Source: a virus (taxonomy: Duplodnaviria > Caudoviricetes). Taken from it: a stretch of DNA of 64,000 bases. The stretch covers positions 32,001 to 96,000 of the IMG/VR virus record IMGVR_UViG_3300011008_000004, one strand, 5' to 3'. Within the stretch, counting starts at the first letter, position 1. Each line of letters opens with the position of its first letter. Under the pieces are notes generated by a model. The model was not told the origin of the DNA. It did no database searches and saw nothing but the letters and a program-made list of their open reading frames with translations. A program made the translations under genes and the position numbers. Below are positions 21,173 to 33,672 of this stretch, piece by piece.

Positions 21173-23264
21173 TTACTCTATAGTCTGTATAAGCTTCTGT
21201 AGTTCTGGGTCTTTATCTATCTCAGTTAGATCTAGAATCTCTGGATTTAATAGTTTCTTAGATTTTATATATTCTTCTAGCTCTTCTCTTGTTTTGAACT
21301 CTCTATATTCTATAGTATATTTATTTTGAGTTAAATCTCCATTAGATATTACTATGTACTTATAGTTCTCTCTATATTTTTGAACTATAAATCTATCTAG
21401 TTCTTTAGCTAGTTCTGTGCTTATTTGATCAGCTACATCTGAGACTATGTTAAAATCTTTTTTCATTTTATAGTTGCTTCTTGTATTGCTTTATTAGTTT
21501 ATCTAGTTCTAATATTCTTAAATCGTATGAAGATCTTTTGTTCTTGACATTCTCCACAAATTCATCTAGACATTTATCTACTTGTTCTAAATACTCTTCA
21601 TTAGTTAATATATCATGACCACATTCATCGTCTAATTGCTTAAATGACTTAGCTAATTCTACTCTATAGTCTTCTCTATGTTGAGTACACTTTATTAGTT
21701 CTACGTCTCTAGCATTTTCCATCATTTCTTTTTCATGCTCATAATGATGAATCATAGTTTTTGCTAATGATGCATCTAATTTATCGGTATTTCTCTTTGG
21801 TCTATAGCCATCTCTAATATCTTTACTCATACAAACTCCCTTACCATTTTACTAATATATAATGTGGATACTCTTCTCTTTCCCCACCAACTCGTAGATC
21901 ATATTGAAGTTCAACTTCGAAACCTCTACTCTTTAACTCCTTAATAAGATCTTCAGTTAGCTTCTTACTTATCTTGTACACGCTATAAGAATACTCTGTT
22001 TCGCCATTTATAGCTACACCTCTAATGCCACTATAAATATCATCTCTAACTCTCGTAGATTCAATAGAATCACAAAGATTTCTAGCATCTTTGGCTGTTA
22101 TTACTAAAACATTTGACATTATACTTTTCTCCCTTACATATATGTTCTAAGCTTTTCTTGTAAGCTTCTTATAGTCGCTATTTCAGTAGTAAGTTTTCTG
22201 TATTCCATAGAACCTACTTGTTCTTCTTCTAATAATATATTATCAATATGTTTCTTATCTTCTAAAATATTAATTATATTTAAAGCATCTATAAATGTTA
22301 ATTCTCGTTTCATTATTTATCACCTTTAGGTTTTATAACGCTTCTACACTTAGGACACACGTAACAATCTTTTATATTCTCTACTGTTACTATAGCGTCA
22401 TTCTCAAGCTTTGATTCTTGACACAATCTTCTAATAGTTGTTGTACCATTTTTATAATAGTATTTTTTACATGTAGGACAATAAATTGAATCACTATTAA
22501 ATTTATTTATTTTATTTTCAATAGCTTTAAGATTATTCTTAGCTTGAGTAAGTTCTCTTTGAAGCTGTTTATAATATAAGTCAGCAGCGATTGCTGTTTT
22601 ATATTTAGAAGCATCAATAACTACTTCATTTATTTTGTTAGTTCTTATGAAGTCTTTGCATGAATTGCCTTCAACGCCTTTCTTACCCACTTCACACCAA
22701 TATAAACCTTGATTGACTAAGTATTTCATGTGTTTGCATTTCAAACAATTCATGCTATCACCTCTCTTACTTCATAATTTTCTTACATATGATATTCTTT
22801 ATTTTGTCTAAATAAGTTATTCTATCTAAAATGTATTGATCATTTAATTCTGGATTGTACATTATTAAATTCTTTTTCTCAATTAAAGTTTGTTCTTCTT
22901 TATTAATTAAAGCTATGATATCTAAATAATTCTGAGTACTAAATTCATCTGAGTCTTCCTCATCAGTAGGTCCTTCATATACATTTATCATATCAGCTGT
23001 AAACACATACTTTTCAATACCTTGTAGCTCTATATCTTCAGCATATAAATATATTTCATTATCGCTCACATATTTATGCACTGAAAAATACATTCCACAA
23101 AAACGTTTCATAGCATCCGTAAAAGCCAAATTAGAACTTTTATAGTAGATATCACCATAACTATTTGTACTACACTTTTTGCTGCTTATATCTCTTTTAA
23201 ATTCTTCTAATGTTTTAACTTGTACTACATTATTTCTTTCTAAATTCAACATATGTTGCCTCAA
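21173..23264 (-). other. Cluster of about 6 small hypothetical genes
   Basis: ORF track plus a 59-aa ORF starting at 22313. Confidence 0.65.
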
Positions 23265-24535
23265 TTTGCATGATATTTTACAATAAATTCGTTGTCAACT
23301 GCTTTAAAAGAAGATTCCCCATCTAAAGCTCTCAACACTATACCTTCTCTCATTCCGCCATCAATTATCGATTCACCGCCTGCTAAAGCTAATAAATCAT
23401 CACAAGTTTTTGGAAGCTCAAAAGGATTATCTAATGTGTCTAAAACAGGAACACAAGCAAGATATCTATCGATGGATCTCTCTGATTCTTCCCATAAATC
23501 TTTGTTTATTTTTTGAATAACATCAACCATCTCTATAGGATTTAATCTTACAGGAGCTTTACCATTTTCTTTATAAATGTAATTAAATATAACAAGTTTA
23601 TGTTCTTTTCCATAGTTTCTTTTTTGAATTGAACCGCCATAAGTTTCACCTTGAATAGTTATATATTCATATTCAGGATGCTTATTAAGAATATAATTTA
23701 ATACCATATTCATATCATACTTAGCAGCCATTTCTAAATAAACATTACCATCAGAATCTTTATAGAAATTTCTCAATTCTTTTTCAGGAGTATTAAATAC
23801 TATATTTCTAGAACATACAAGCATTTCTCTCTTTTTAGGTTTTGCTTGTTTCATAGTAAAGGTAGTTGAAGTACCATCAATCTTTTCAGTTCTTATCCAT
23901 TTCTTATTAAGAGCTTTCATTTGATTGAAATTATTCTGACATCTCTCCTCGTCTGTTTTGATAACCCAAGAAGGCCAATCAGTTTTCTTGTCCTTTTTCT
24001 TACCCATAAAGAAGAAGCAAATCTTTCTTCCCCATTCTCTCTTCATAAGCCACTTACCAAGCTTAGTCTTAAAGAATTTCTTATGACGAGCTTGCATAGA
24101 TGTATATTTAGAATAATCTGCTTTTCTTTGATTATCTTCTTTTTCCCAATAAGTTATTCCTAACTTTTCAGTCAAAAATTCGCCTATAGCGATATCTTCT
24201 TTTAACTTACATTGATTTAAAGTCATTATCAATCCTGCAGATATTGCTTTACCTTTACAGAATTTTTGAACTTTAATCTTATGTCTATCTGCTCTCTTAT
24301 TTCCAGTAAATTCATCTATGCCTTCATTTAAGAAGTTAAAAATATCAGTATAAGGACATAAAGAATCTGGTTCAATAAATACGCACTTATCACCTATCTT
24401 AAAATCGTTTATTCCAGCTATGCAAGTCCAACCATTTACGTAATAAGTACAAATTTTATCATAACCTTCAATTCTTTTCATATCCGTTATAGTTGCTACA
24501 TAAGCTAATTCTCTTTCACCTTTTGAGTTTAACAT
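23261..24535 (-). CDS. RNA ligase (Rnl2/DRB0094-like)
   Basis: TEKIDGT adenylation motif, QGE, REGIV, SFKAV; N-terminal RELAYVATI domain. Confidence 0.85.
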   Translation of the reverse strand: MLNSKGERELAYVATITDMKRIEGYDKICTYYVNGWTCIAGINDFKIGDKCVFIEPDSLCPYTDIFNFLNEGIDEFTGNKRADRHKIKVQKFCKGKAISAGLIMTLNQCKLKEDIAIGEFLTEKLGITYWEKEDNQRKADYSKYTSMQARHKKFFKTKLGKWLMKREWGRKICFFFMGKKKDKKTDWPSWVIKTDEERCQNNFNQMKALNKKWIRTEKIDGTSTTFTMKQAKPKKREMLVCSRNIVFNTPEKELRNFYKDSDGNVYLEMAAKYDMNMVLNYILNKHPEYEYITIQGETYGGSIQKRNYGKEHKLVIFNYIYKENGKAPVRLNPIEMVDVIQKINKDLWEESERSIDRYLACVPVLDTLDNPFELPKTCDDLLALAGGESIIDGGMREGIVLRALDGESSFKAVDNEFIVKYHAN

Positions 24536-24547
24536 GATTCACCTCAA

Positions 24548-26437
24548 TTATTTATTCTTGTCTTTAGACAACATTCCTCTACATTTTGGATAACTCTTAC
24601 AGCCATAGAATTCTCCATAAGGTCCTTTTCTTAACACCATAGGTCCACCACAAATTGGACATGTTACTCCAGGAACAACTACAGCAGGAGTTTTAGGTGT
24701 TTTTGGAATACTAGCGCTATTTTTAGTTGCTGATTTAACGCTAGTTTCTAATTTATTATAAAAATCATTTAAGAAGTCTAACTTCTTTAATTTGCCACTT
24801 GCTACAGTATCCAACTCTGCCTCCATTTCAGCTGTATAAGTTAAGCTTATAAAGTTTGGAAACGCTAAATCTAAATATTTAGATAATGCAATACCTTTAT
24901 CTGTTGGAACTATACGTTTATCTTCAACTCTACAATAGCCTCTATTCTCATCTAAAAGTGTTGCAACTATAGACGAAAATGTTGATGGTCTACCTATCGA
25001 TTTCTGCTCAAGTTCTTTTACAAATGTAGCTTCATTGTATCTAGCAGGTGGTTGAGTAGCTTTCTCTAAACTCTCTAAAGAAGTTTCTTCTAACTTCTCG
25101 TCTATAATAAACGTATCTTTAGCTAATTCATCTTCTTCATCAGATTCTTTATAACTATATACTTTCTTATAGCCATCAAACTTTAACTCTTGAGAATTAA
25201 ATGTAAATTTATGATCTCCATTTAATATTTCATAAGTAGTTTCTGATGTTATTGAAGGAGCCATCATCGATTGAACAGTTCTTCTCCAAATCATATCATA
25301 AACTTTCAAAAGTTTTTCATCAGTTATATATTGTTTAAGATAGTCTTTAGTTATATTTAAATCTACTACTCTAAAACATTCATGCCCATCTTGAACATTT
25401 GCAGCTTTTTTAGGTTGTTTTAGAGGGGCATAATATGCTTGACCATACGTATTTTTTACATAACTCTCTAAAACTGGAATAAATTCCTTAGCCATAGAGG
25501 TTGAGTCAGTTCTTAAATAAGTAGTTAAAGCTATATGTTGTCCATTAACATTTATACCTTCAAACAACTTTTGAGCATAACCCATCGCAGTCTTAATTCC
25601 TACACCTAACTTTGAAGATACTTCTTGTTGAAATGTAGAAGTTGTAAATGGAGGTTTAGCGTTGCTAGTCTTATCTTTCATTGTTATATTTTTAATAATA
25701 TAATCTTTACCTTTACAATCACTAGCAATTGCTTTTGCTATAGCCTCATCAGTTATTCTTTTAACCTCTTTCTTAGTGGTTCCAAAATACTTCGCTTTAT
25801 ATGGATGCATGTTTTTATTAAAATGTAGCAATACATCGTAATATTTTTCAGGTTTAAAATTTTGAATTTCTAACTCTCTGTCCACTAAAATTTTAAGTCC
25901 AGCACTTTGACATCTACCAACTGATTTAGCACTTACCTGTCTTCTAGCAATTGGTGATAATCTAAAACCTACCATCTTATCTACACACATACGACAATGA
26001 CTAGAATCTACTAAATTATCATCTATGTCTGTAGGATTCGCTAAAGCATTAAGAACTGCTGTCTTAGTTATTTCGTGAAAGGTTGCTCTCTTACACTTCT
26101 CTTTTGGAATCTTTAAGAATTTCTTTAAAGACCAAGCAATAGCTTCTCCCTCTCTATCAGGGTCAGAACAAATATAAATCATATCAGATTTATCTACTTC
26201 ATCTTTAAGTTTCTTAACAACGTCTTTCTTATCGTCAGATACGTTTATATTCATCTTAAAACTATTATCTGGTTCAATTCCTGTATTCCAATAAGAACCT
26301 TTCTTATCAGACAATTCACTAATATGTCCAACTGAAGCCATTACTTTATAATTATTTGGTAAAAATTGAGAAATCGTCTTAATTTTGTTAAGTTAAGGCG
26401 ATTCTACGATGATAAGATATTTTAATAACTTACCCAT
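24548..26437 (-). CDS. topA: DNA topoisomerase IA, with in-frame TAA at codon 15
   Basis: DPDREGEAI, SVGRCQ, TYLRTDS, GRPSTF motifs and C-terminal Zn ribbon. True start MGKLLKYLIIVESP at 26437 with AGGAGG RBS, interrupted by TAA at 26393-26395. Confidence 0.9.
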
Positions 26438-26489
26438 AGAATCAAAAATCCTCCTTAAACGCGTAATTTATATTTTAATTATACAACTT

Positions 26490-27509
26490 TTAGTTTATTG
26501 CTTTTAATAAACCTTCAGCTGTAAGTCTACATTCTACTAAATCTTCTGCTCTATCAACAAGTGGTTCTGGTAATGCATACACTGACCCATTAACTGTCAA
26601 GTTCATAGTTCCTATAATCTTAAAACCTTCTTTAATATTTATAGTTGTTCCTTTATATATAAATTCAGTCTTATTATCAAGTAAGCTCTGAAGGAACCTG
26701 AGTGACTCAAAAGGCAATAGATTTATTTCATCTAATGTTATAGTTTCACCATTCATAATTGCTAACGCAAGAGCTGAAGGTTGAAAAGTTGCTTTGCCAT
26801 CATTAAATGTGAAATCTTCCATAAGATCTGAAGGTAACATCGCTGAGTGACAAACCATACACTTCCCATTGGTCTCTTTCAAAGCTTGTGTAGTTTTACC
26901 AGTTCCTTGTGGACCATAGTAAATCTTAAATCTTTTATTTATAATATTAGTTGGATTCTGCTTAGATAATATATCTAAAATCTCTGTAAATTCTTTGGAT
27001 GACATCTTATCTAAAATTGTAGATGCATAAGAATTATCAGTTAACTTAAAATAATTCTCAACATATTTACGTGCTCTATCATTCTTTAAATTTACAATTG
27101 TGTTTACAAATCTAAAATTAGGTTCAAACTGAAATTCTGAAAAGAAATTTATAAGTCTTTCTAAAGCTAATAACGCAACAGGTTTAGTTTCATCACTGCT
27201 TACAGTTGCTTTAAGTTGGTCATTCACTTGAGTAGGAACTTGTTGATCAATCATACTTTGTGTACTTATAAATGGATTAGGCGTATTGTCAACATCTACG
27301 TGATTGTCTAATAATTCCTTTATTAAAGGTTCTATTTGTGCTCTCTTTTCATCATCATCTAAATTTACACTATTTTGAATTTTATATATGTTAACTAACT
27401 TCGAAAATTCAACAGGATTATGAATAGTCTGCCAACCACCAAATATGTCTGTTTTCATAGTATGACTACCGCTCATCAATGTGATTGTTTGTCCTGTAAT
27501 TAACTTCAT
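26490..27509 (-). CDS. MoxR/CbbQ-like AAA+ ATPase
   Basis: GPQGTGKT, LDEIN, GTMN, LPEPLVDR. Confidence 0.8.
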   Translation of the reverse strand: MKLITGQTITLMSGSHTMKTDIFGGWQTIHNPVEFSKLVNIYKIQNSVNLDDDEKRAQIEPLIKELLDNHVDVDNTPNPFISTQSMIDQQVPTQVNDQLKATVSSDETKPVALLALERLINFFSEFQFEPNFRFVNTIVNLKNDRARKYVENYFKLTDNSYASTILDKMSSKEFTEILDILSKQNPTNIINKRFKIYYGPQGTGKTTQALKETNGKCMVCHSAMLPSDLMEDFTFNDGKATFQPSALALAIMNGETITLDEINLLPFESLRFLQSLLDNKTEFIYKGTTINIKEGFKIIGTMNLTVNGSVYALPEPLVDRAEDLVECRLTAEGLLKAIN

Positions 27510-27539
27510 AATATAACCTCACCACTAAATCTTTTTATA

Positions 27540-27568
27540 ATTATAACACTATAAATGCAATAAGTCAA
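27540..27568 (-). promoter_or_regulatory. Sigma70-type promoter
   Basis: TTGACT-17-TATAAT. Confidence 0.75.
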
Positions 27569-29266
27569 TTAAGTGCGTCTAATAAGCTGTAATAATGCTG
27601 CATATGTATTTTTATATAATTCGTTTACATATTCTTTTGATATAATTTTATGAGCCATAGGACAGTATTTATTAACTTCCTTCTCATTAGAATCATCTAC
27701 GATTATAACTGTATTTACATTATTAAATGCTTCCCAATTTGATACTATATTTCTACCTACAGTCTTATACTTATGTTCATGATTTACGTGTCCATCATAA
27801 AGTACAATATTCATATTTACTGCATTATCAAACTGTTGTTTCTTAAATGTATCAAATATATCATCAGTTAAAACTGTGCCATCATATGAGCTCTGCGTTC
27901 TATTGTATCTCGGTCTAAGCTTCTGTCCTACACCACATGATATTAAATCGTATGAAAAATCTGGAACAGCTCTTTCAAACTTAGTTAAAGCCCATAATAA
28001 TGTGTTAACTTTTTCATCGTTCTCTTGAAAACTTCCAGAACAATCTATAAACATATTTAAGTGCATTTTAGAATAAACACTTGCGTGTCCTTTTCTGTTC
28101 TGTTGCAAGAAGTATTTATAGTCATCTCTCGCTATATTTCTCGGTGTAATAACTCCTGAATATGCAGCTATAGACGAACCATTGTTTTTACGTGTAGTTT
28201 TTAATAATGATATTAAACTATCTATCATATCGAATACAGCTTTATCCGCTTTCTGCTTCGCTTTATCATCATCTTTACCAGGACGATGCCAAGTACTTCC
28301 AGCTTTATCTTTGCTATCATCTATAATAGTGTAAAAATCGTCATAATCCCCTTCACTGACATCGACTGAACCCATAGTCTGTATATTAGAGAACTTGTTT
28401 AGTTGACCGCTTTCATTATCAGATGAATTTCCTTCGTCACTTTCATCGTCTAATTCTTCATCTAATTTATTTAAATCTTCTTCAGATAATATAGAACTTA
28501 ATATATTCTTTAATTCTTGTAAGTCTTTAAGTTCTTTAGCACTCTTTCTCTTTTTACTTTTAGACGATTTAAATTGTTGGGATTGCTGTGATTCACTACT
28601 TAATGCACTATCTTCACTATCAGCTTCCATTAAATCTTTTAGCGATTGCTCAATTCGTAAATCACTTGGATTAGTTTCATTATACCATTCAACAAATCTT
28701 TCATATAAATACTTCACATCATACTCATAGTTTCTAATAGATTCTCTAATATTAGTATCTATTTTTGACACTGCAATATCTAAGTGTGTATATTTATCGA
28801 TTAAATTATGAACTTCCTCTAAAAACGCTACAGGACCAATTCTATATCTTACTAATTGATACCAAGCATCCCACTCATTTTCAGGAGGTTGATTATTAAA
28901 TCCATTTAATTTTTTACAAAAAGCTTTAAAGTCTGTATCTAAATAATAATTCTTTAAAATAGATTCTATTCTCTCATCTTCAAATACGTTTATAATCATA
29001 TCTATTTTTAAAATTCTTGGCGTCAATAATGCATGTGATAACTCATGAAATATCAAATGTCTTACACTACTTTCAGCGTCTGCATCAGTTCTAATAAGTC
29101 TTGCGTTATCACTTATAGTTGGATAAGAAATAACTACGTTACCACGTGATAAATCAAAATATGTATCAGCATTATCACCAATAGATACTTCTACATCTTT
29201 GCCGACATAATAGCCTATTGGAACTTTAGAAATATAATGTTTTAATATTTCTTTAGTTAATTGCAT
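27569..29266 (-). CDS. CobT-like VWA-domain protein (partner of the AAA ATPase)
   Basis: HELSH and NVFEDERIE, acidic linker, DCSGS MIDAS motif. Confidence 0.8.
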   Translation of the reverse strand: MQLTKEILKHYISKVPIGYYVGKDVEVSIGDNADTYFDLSRGNVVISYPTISDNARLIRTDADAESSVRHLIFHELSHALLTPRILKIDMIINVFEDERIESILKNYYLDTDFKAFCKKLNGFNNQPPENEWDAWYQLVRYRIGPVAFLEEVHNLIDKYTHLDIAVSKIDTNIRESIRNYEYDVKYLYERFVEWYNETNPSDLRIEQSLKDLMEADSEDSALSSESQQSQQFKSSKSKKRKSAKELKDLQELKNILSSILSEEDLNKLDEELDDESDEGNSSDNESGQLNKFSNIQTMGSVDVSEGDYDDFYTIIDDSKDKAGSTWHRPGKDDDKAKQKADKAVFDMIDSLISLLKTTRKNNGSSIAAYSGVITPRNIARDDYKYFLQQNRKGHASVYSKMHLNMFIDCSGSFQENDEKVNTLLWALTKFERAVPDFSYDLISCGVGQKLRPRYNRTQSSYDGTVLTDDIFDTFKKQQFDNAVNMNIVLYDGHVNHEHKYKTVGRNIVSNWEAFNNVNTVIIVDDSNEKEVNKYCPMAHKIISKEYVNELYKNTYAALLQLIRRT

Positions 29267-29289
29267 AGCTTTTCCTCCAATTTAATTAT

Positions 29290-29318
29290 ATTATACACTA
29301 TAGTCTTAAAAATGTCAA
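29290..29318 (-). promoter_or_regulatory. Sigma70-type promoter
   Basis: TTGACA-17-TATAAT immediately after a terminator hairpin. Confidence 0.8.
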
Positions 29319-29342
29319 CAAAAAAGTCGGTTATTCACCGAC

Positions 29343-29810
29343 TTAATTCTCTAACTGACTCATATCTATTTGAATTAGCTCTAAACCCGCTTCTTCGGCA
29401 ATCTGTAATGCTAAATCATCTGGATATGATTCTATATAAAACACTCGCTTAATACCACTATTTATAAGTAGTTTAGTGCAAGTTGTACAGGGTTGTGTGG
29501 TTATATAAGCATCACCGCCGTCTATAGAAATTCCTAATCTAGCTGCTTGTGTTATCGCATTCTGCTCAGCATGAGTTGCCATACATCTGTCTAGCCACTC
29601 ACCTGATTTACACTTCTCTCTAAGACAATAACCTCTATCTAAACAAGATTCTACGCCAGAAGGTGCACCATTGTAACCAGTTGCAACAATTCTATTATGA
29701 ACAGTTATTACGCATCCAACTTTTCTAGATAAACAAGTAGTCCATTTAGATACGTCTACAGCCAATTTTATGTATCTTTTATTCCATTTTGTCAGATTCA
29801 CTAACTTCAT
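29343..29810 (-). CDS. dCMP deaminase
   Basis: HAEQNA, PCTTC, TGYNG motifs. Confidence 0.92.
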   Translation of the reverse strand: MKLVNLTKWNKRYIKLAVDVSKWTTCLSRKVGCVITVHNRIVATGYNGAPSGVESCLDRGYCLREKCKSGEWLDRCMATHAEQNAITQAARLGISIDGGDAYITTQPCTTCTKLLINSGIKRVFYIESYPDDLALQIAEEAGLELIQIDMSQLEN

Positions 29811-30264
29811 CTTCTTCTTTCAAAAACAGTAACGCTAATATAATAGCTATTATAGCTACTAATGCTGTTGTGGCAACCATAGATATCATTGGTATAAATA
29901 CTATAAACCAACTAATCATTAGTACACTAGATAACTTCAATATGCCTAAAACTAAAGTGGCTAATACACACATAATAAATAATGTATTCCAGACAATACT
30001 AAATACTTTCTCTGTTTTATTTATATTTATTTCTTTTTGCATCAATGTAAAGCCAAAATCTTTTAAAGCTAATTGAAGTTCATATAATTCATCATAATCT
30101 TCTTCGCACATATATGTAACTTTAAACGGATTCTCTGAATCAGGTATATTTGAATGTTCAAATATATCTCTAATTTCAGCTAATGTAACATCTTTCTTTT
30201 TAGCGAATTTAGATGTAGATTTTATTAATTTTGAATTACTATATAGATCTAATACTGATATCAT
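29779..30264 (-). CDS. Membrane protein with two C-terminal hydrophobic helices
   Basis: LGILKLSSVLMISWFIVFIP hydrophobic segments. Confidence 0.6.
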   Translation of the reverse strand: MISVLDLYSNSKLIKSTSKFAKKKDVTLAEIRDIFEHSNIPDSENPFKVTYMCEEDYDELYELQLALKDFGFTLMQKEININKTEKVFSIVWNTLFIMCVLATLVLGILKLSSVLMISWFIVFIPMISMVATTALVAIIAIILALLFLKEEDEVSESDKME

Positions 30265-30273
30265 TATGCTACC

Positions 30274-30756
30274 TCACAAATAAATAACTTTAGTCTCTAT
30301 CGGTTCTGAAACAAGATTACATAATTTACATGTAACTTTAACAGCCTCTTCAGCACTATGTCCAAGATATAACGCAGCTAATGCGAAATCTCTTCCAGAG
30401 CCAATAGCACTAAAATCGTTAACCCTTAAAACTTCAAAACCGCCGATATAAAATACTTTTGATTTATAAATCATTATATAAGAATTATCAGATTCAAAAT
30501 CAAGATAACTTTGTTTCCACTTACAAAACTCATACATAAAGTCTATAATATCTTTTTCAGTGGCATCTGCAGGTTGGTGTGTTTTAGCAAATATATTTAA
30601 TAAACCAAATTCTCTAATATAACCACAAGAACCAATAATCATATTATTAATTTCTGTTAATTTACACACTTGTTCTTTAGTATTACCTCTTAAACCAATT
30701 GTATCAGCAGAAATCTCTATTTTATCTTTATAAACTTTTACAGCAACAACGCTCAT
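30274..30756 (-). CDS. Ntn-hydrolase / HslV-proteasome-subunit-like peptidase
   Basis: N-terminal SVVAV..AD, AIGSG..FALAAL. Confidence 0.7.
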   Translation of the reverse strand: MSVVAVKVYKDKIEISADTIGLRGNTKEQVCKLTEINNMIIGSCGYIREFGLLNIFAKTHQPADATEKDIIDFMYEFCKWKQSYLDFESDNSYIMIYKSKVFYIGGFEVLRVNDFSAIGSGRDFALAALYLGHSAEEAVKVTCKLCNLVSEPIETKVIYL

Positions 30757-30757
30757 C

Positions 30758-31081
30758 TTAAACCTCTATTTTTAAGAATTCATCTACACTTAAATTCTTA
30801 TCATCTATATAATAATCGGCGCCAACTTTACGCCCTGCTTTTCCAAATCTAGCAAGATTAGCGTCAGTGTGGTCATTTATATAATCACATATTAAACCAT
30901 ATGACTTCAAAAATTCAACTGCCTCATCCAATAATTCATCAGTTCTACAAGTCCAAAGAACTATAGTATGACCCTGTTTCTGTAAAGCTATAGTCTTGTT
31001 TATAACATCTAATTTTGGTGAACCAATTGCTGGATAAGCATTATTTACTAATGTTCCATCAAAATCTACTGCGAAAATCAT
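30758..31081 (-). CDS. HAD-family hydrolase
   Basis: AVDFDGT, WTCR, YIDDK. Confidence 0.85.
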   Translation of the reverse strand: MIFAVDFDGTLVNNAYPAIGSPKLDVINKTIALQKQGHTIVLWTCRTDELLDEAVEFLKSYGLICDYINDHTDANLARFGKAGRKVGADYYIDDKNLSVDEFLKIEV

Positions 31082-31083
31082 TA

Positions 31084-33019
31084 CTAATCAATAACCTCAA
31101 TATTAAGAAGATTATCTAAAGAACACAATAAGAATTGTGAACCTTCAGAATCTTTTTCTTTAATAGCACCCATGCTAATCAACGCTTGTTTAGTAATAGG
31201 CGTACCATCTTCAAGAAAATAACTAGCAGTTCCTGCAGATGGATTAGCGAATTGAATATATTTCTTTTCAGGATCTTTCTTATTTTGAACTATACCAACA
31301 TAGTCTGTCTTTTCAAACCAAGATGGTCTACTTTGAATTCCTTGTTCAAGTCTTTCTTGTAATTTTTCTTTTACACCTGCAATATCTTCATAGTTAACAC
31401 CAAATTGTGCTTCTATAATAGAATGCTTAATAAATTTAATACCTTTAAGACCTTTCTTGTCAGATCTCATTTCAATTCTTACTTTATCACCAGATTGTAA
31501 CTTTTTTGCTAAAACTTCATTTAAATTCATAATAACACCTCTTTAATTTTATAGTTTAATTATAAACCATTTCATCAAATATGTCAACTAGAATTACTTA
31601 TTTAGATACTTCTCTTTATTTAAACATCTTTCGCATGTCTTTCTACAATCATCTAAAAAGAAATGCATGTCAATAACTGCATCAAATGCACTATTATTTT
31701 GTTCTATAAATCTATCTTGCGCTTTACAACCTTTTTCGCATGTAAATCTACAATATTCGTCTTTTTCACCAAATAAAGCTATGATCTCTTCATCGGTTAA
31801 ATTAGAAGTCGTATTCATCATCTATATTACTCTCCCGAAATGCTTCAGTTCTTTCATCGTCACGAATTTCATCTTCATATTCACTGATAGCTCTATCTAA
31901 ATCATAGTTTAAAATAGACTCAGAATACTTTTTAGTGGTAGCTTCTTTTACGATATCTTTAATTTTTTCTCTAAAATAATAACTATCCATATCTTTTTCC
32001 TCGTATAAATTATACAATTCCTGATGTTACGTCTTTATAACTTTTAAATAGATTATCCATAAAATTAGACCAGTAATTATATTTTTCAATATCTTCACCT
32101 GATATAATGTATTTACTATGAACTCTATAATAAAGTCCTTGTTTAGCATCTTTAAAGAATCTTTCTCTAACTGTATTATTAATTATAACACTATCACAAT
32201 AAGATACATCTTCTCTTCCAGTTCTTCTAGCAATAGAAATTTGTTTACTATTATTCTTACGAATTAGTTTAGATGTGCCTTCAACATAATAAACTACCTT
32301 GCTATTTAAGTCTAAAACATTAGCGCTTGGAAGCGGCTTTTCAATGATTTCTGAGGCCTTAGAATCACCTACACGCTTAGAAACTAATTCACTAAATAAT
32401 TTATACAATTGACACATATCGTCCCTACAATTAGCTACTAGCGTATGATCATCTAGCTGTTTCCAATGAGAATTAGCTCTTATAAATCGCATTACTTCAT
32501 TAGCATTAAGTTCGAATTGCTTATAAATGTTTAACGTATCTCTCATCTTATTATCAGATAAGAAAAATATACGATTTTCATTATCATATCTAATAAACAT
32601 TATTCAGCTCCTTTAGGACCTTGTGGACCTGGATCATCTAAATGTGTAGGTTTAATATCTAAAGCTTTTTTAAGCTCCATCATAGAGTAAGCATACTGAA
32701 TTTCTTCTTCACTGCTAAATGGACACTTATTATTTAATATCTCAGGACAATCTTCTTGTAATTTACAATAATAAGTTTTTTCTTTAGTTTTAAAATCTAT
32801 AATACAACCTAAACCTGGACACTCTTTATCACATTCAATGTCTTTAGTTTCAAATACTTCGGGATGTGAAATATACATTTGAATCATGTTCTTAAATGCA
32901 GGAGTTAACATATTTAATTGTTCTTCATTAAACACTAGTTCTCCTGTGGAATCATATGTTAAAGCACTAAAGAATTCTTTTAATGCAGGTAGGTTAATTT
33001 TATCGGGATTATATTCCAT
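31084..33019 (-). other. Five hypothetical genes
   Basis: ORF track; promoter TTGACA-17-TATAAT at 31559-31587. Confidence 0.65.
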
Positions 33020-33021
33020 AA

Positions 33022-33417
33022 TTAAAACGGTAATTGATCGTCATCATCTTCAACAGATGACTCTTCTTTCTTACGATTATTAGGTTTATAGTCTTGACTA
33101 TCATCGTTAGACTTAGACTTCGAATTTAAAAACTCAACTTCAGAAGCAACTATCTGTGTTTTGTATCTCATAACACCTTCTTTATCTTGATAGTTATTGT
33201 TTTGAATACTTCCAACAACACAAACTTTACTACCTTTGCTTAAATATCTTCCACAGTTGTCAGCTAAGCCTCTCCATGCCACAATTTGAAAGAAATCAAC
33301 ATCATCAGAATAATTTCTGCTTACAGCTATTGAAAAAGTGCAAATAGATGTACCATCATTTATACTCGCAACTTCAGGGTCTCTTGTTAAGTTTCCAATT
33401 AATGTAACTTTATTCAT
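33022..33417 (-). CDS. ssb: Single-stranded DNA-binding protein
   Basis: MNKVTLIGNLTRDPE ... DDDQLPF. Confidence 0.97.
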   Translation of the reverse strand: MNKVTLIGNLTRDPEVASINDGTSICTFSIAVSRNYSDDVDFFQIVAWRGLADNCGRYLSKGSKVCVVGSIQNNNYQDKEGVMRYKTQIVASEVEFLNSKSKSNDDSQDYKPNNRKKEESSVEDDDDQLPF

Positions 33418-33672
33418 TATATCACCTCAATACTTTTATACAATTAGTCAACTAACTTAATGTCAGATTTTTCAACAATTATCGATCTAAATGTAGTATT
33501 TTCTATAACATATTTATCATCTATAGATCTTTTAACGTCATAGTACTTATCAATCTTATATAAATTGTTGTTTCCTACATATTCTACAGTTTGTCCAGCT
33601 TCAAATTTGCTCATAATACACCTCAAATTTAATATTTTTAATTATTGTATCACATAAATAAAAAAGAGTCAA

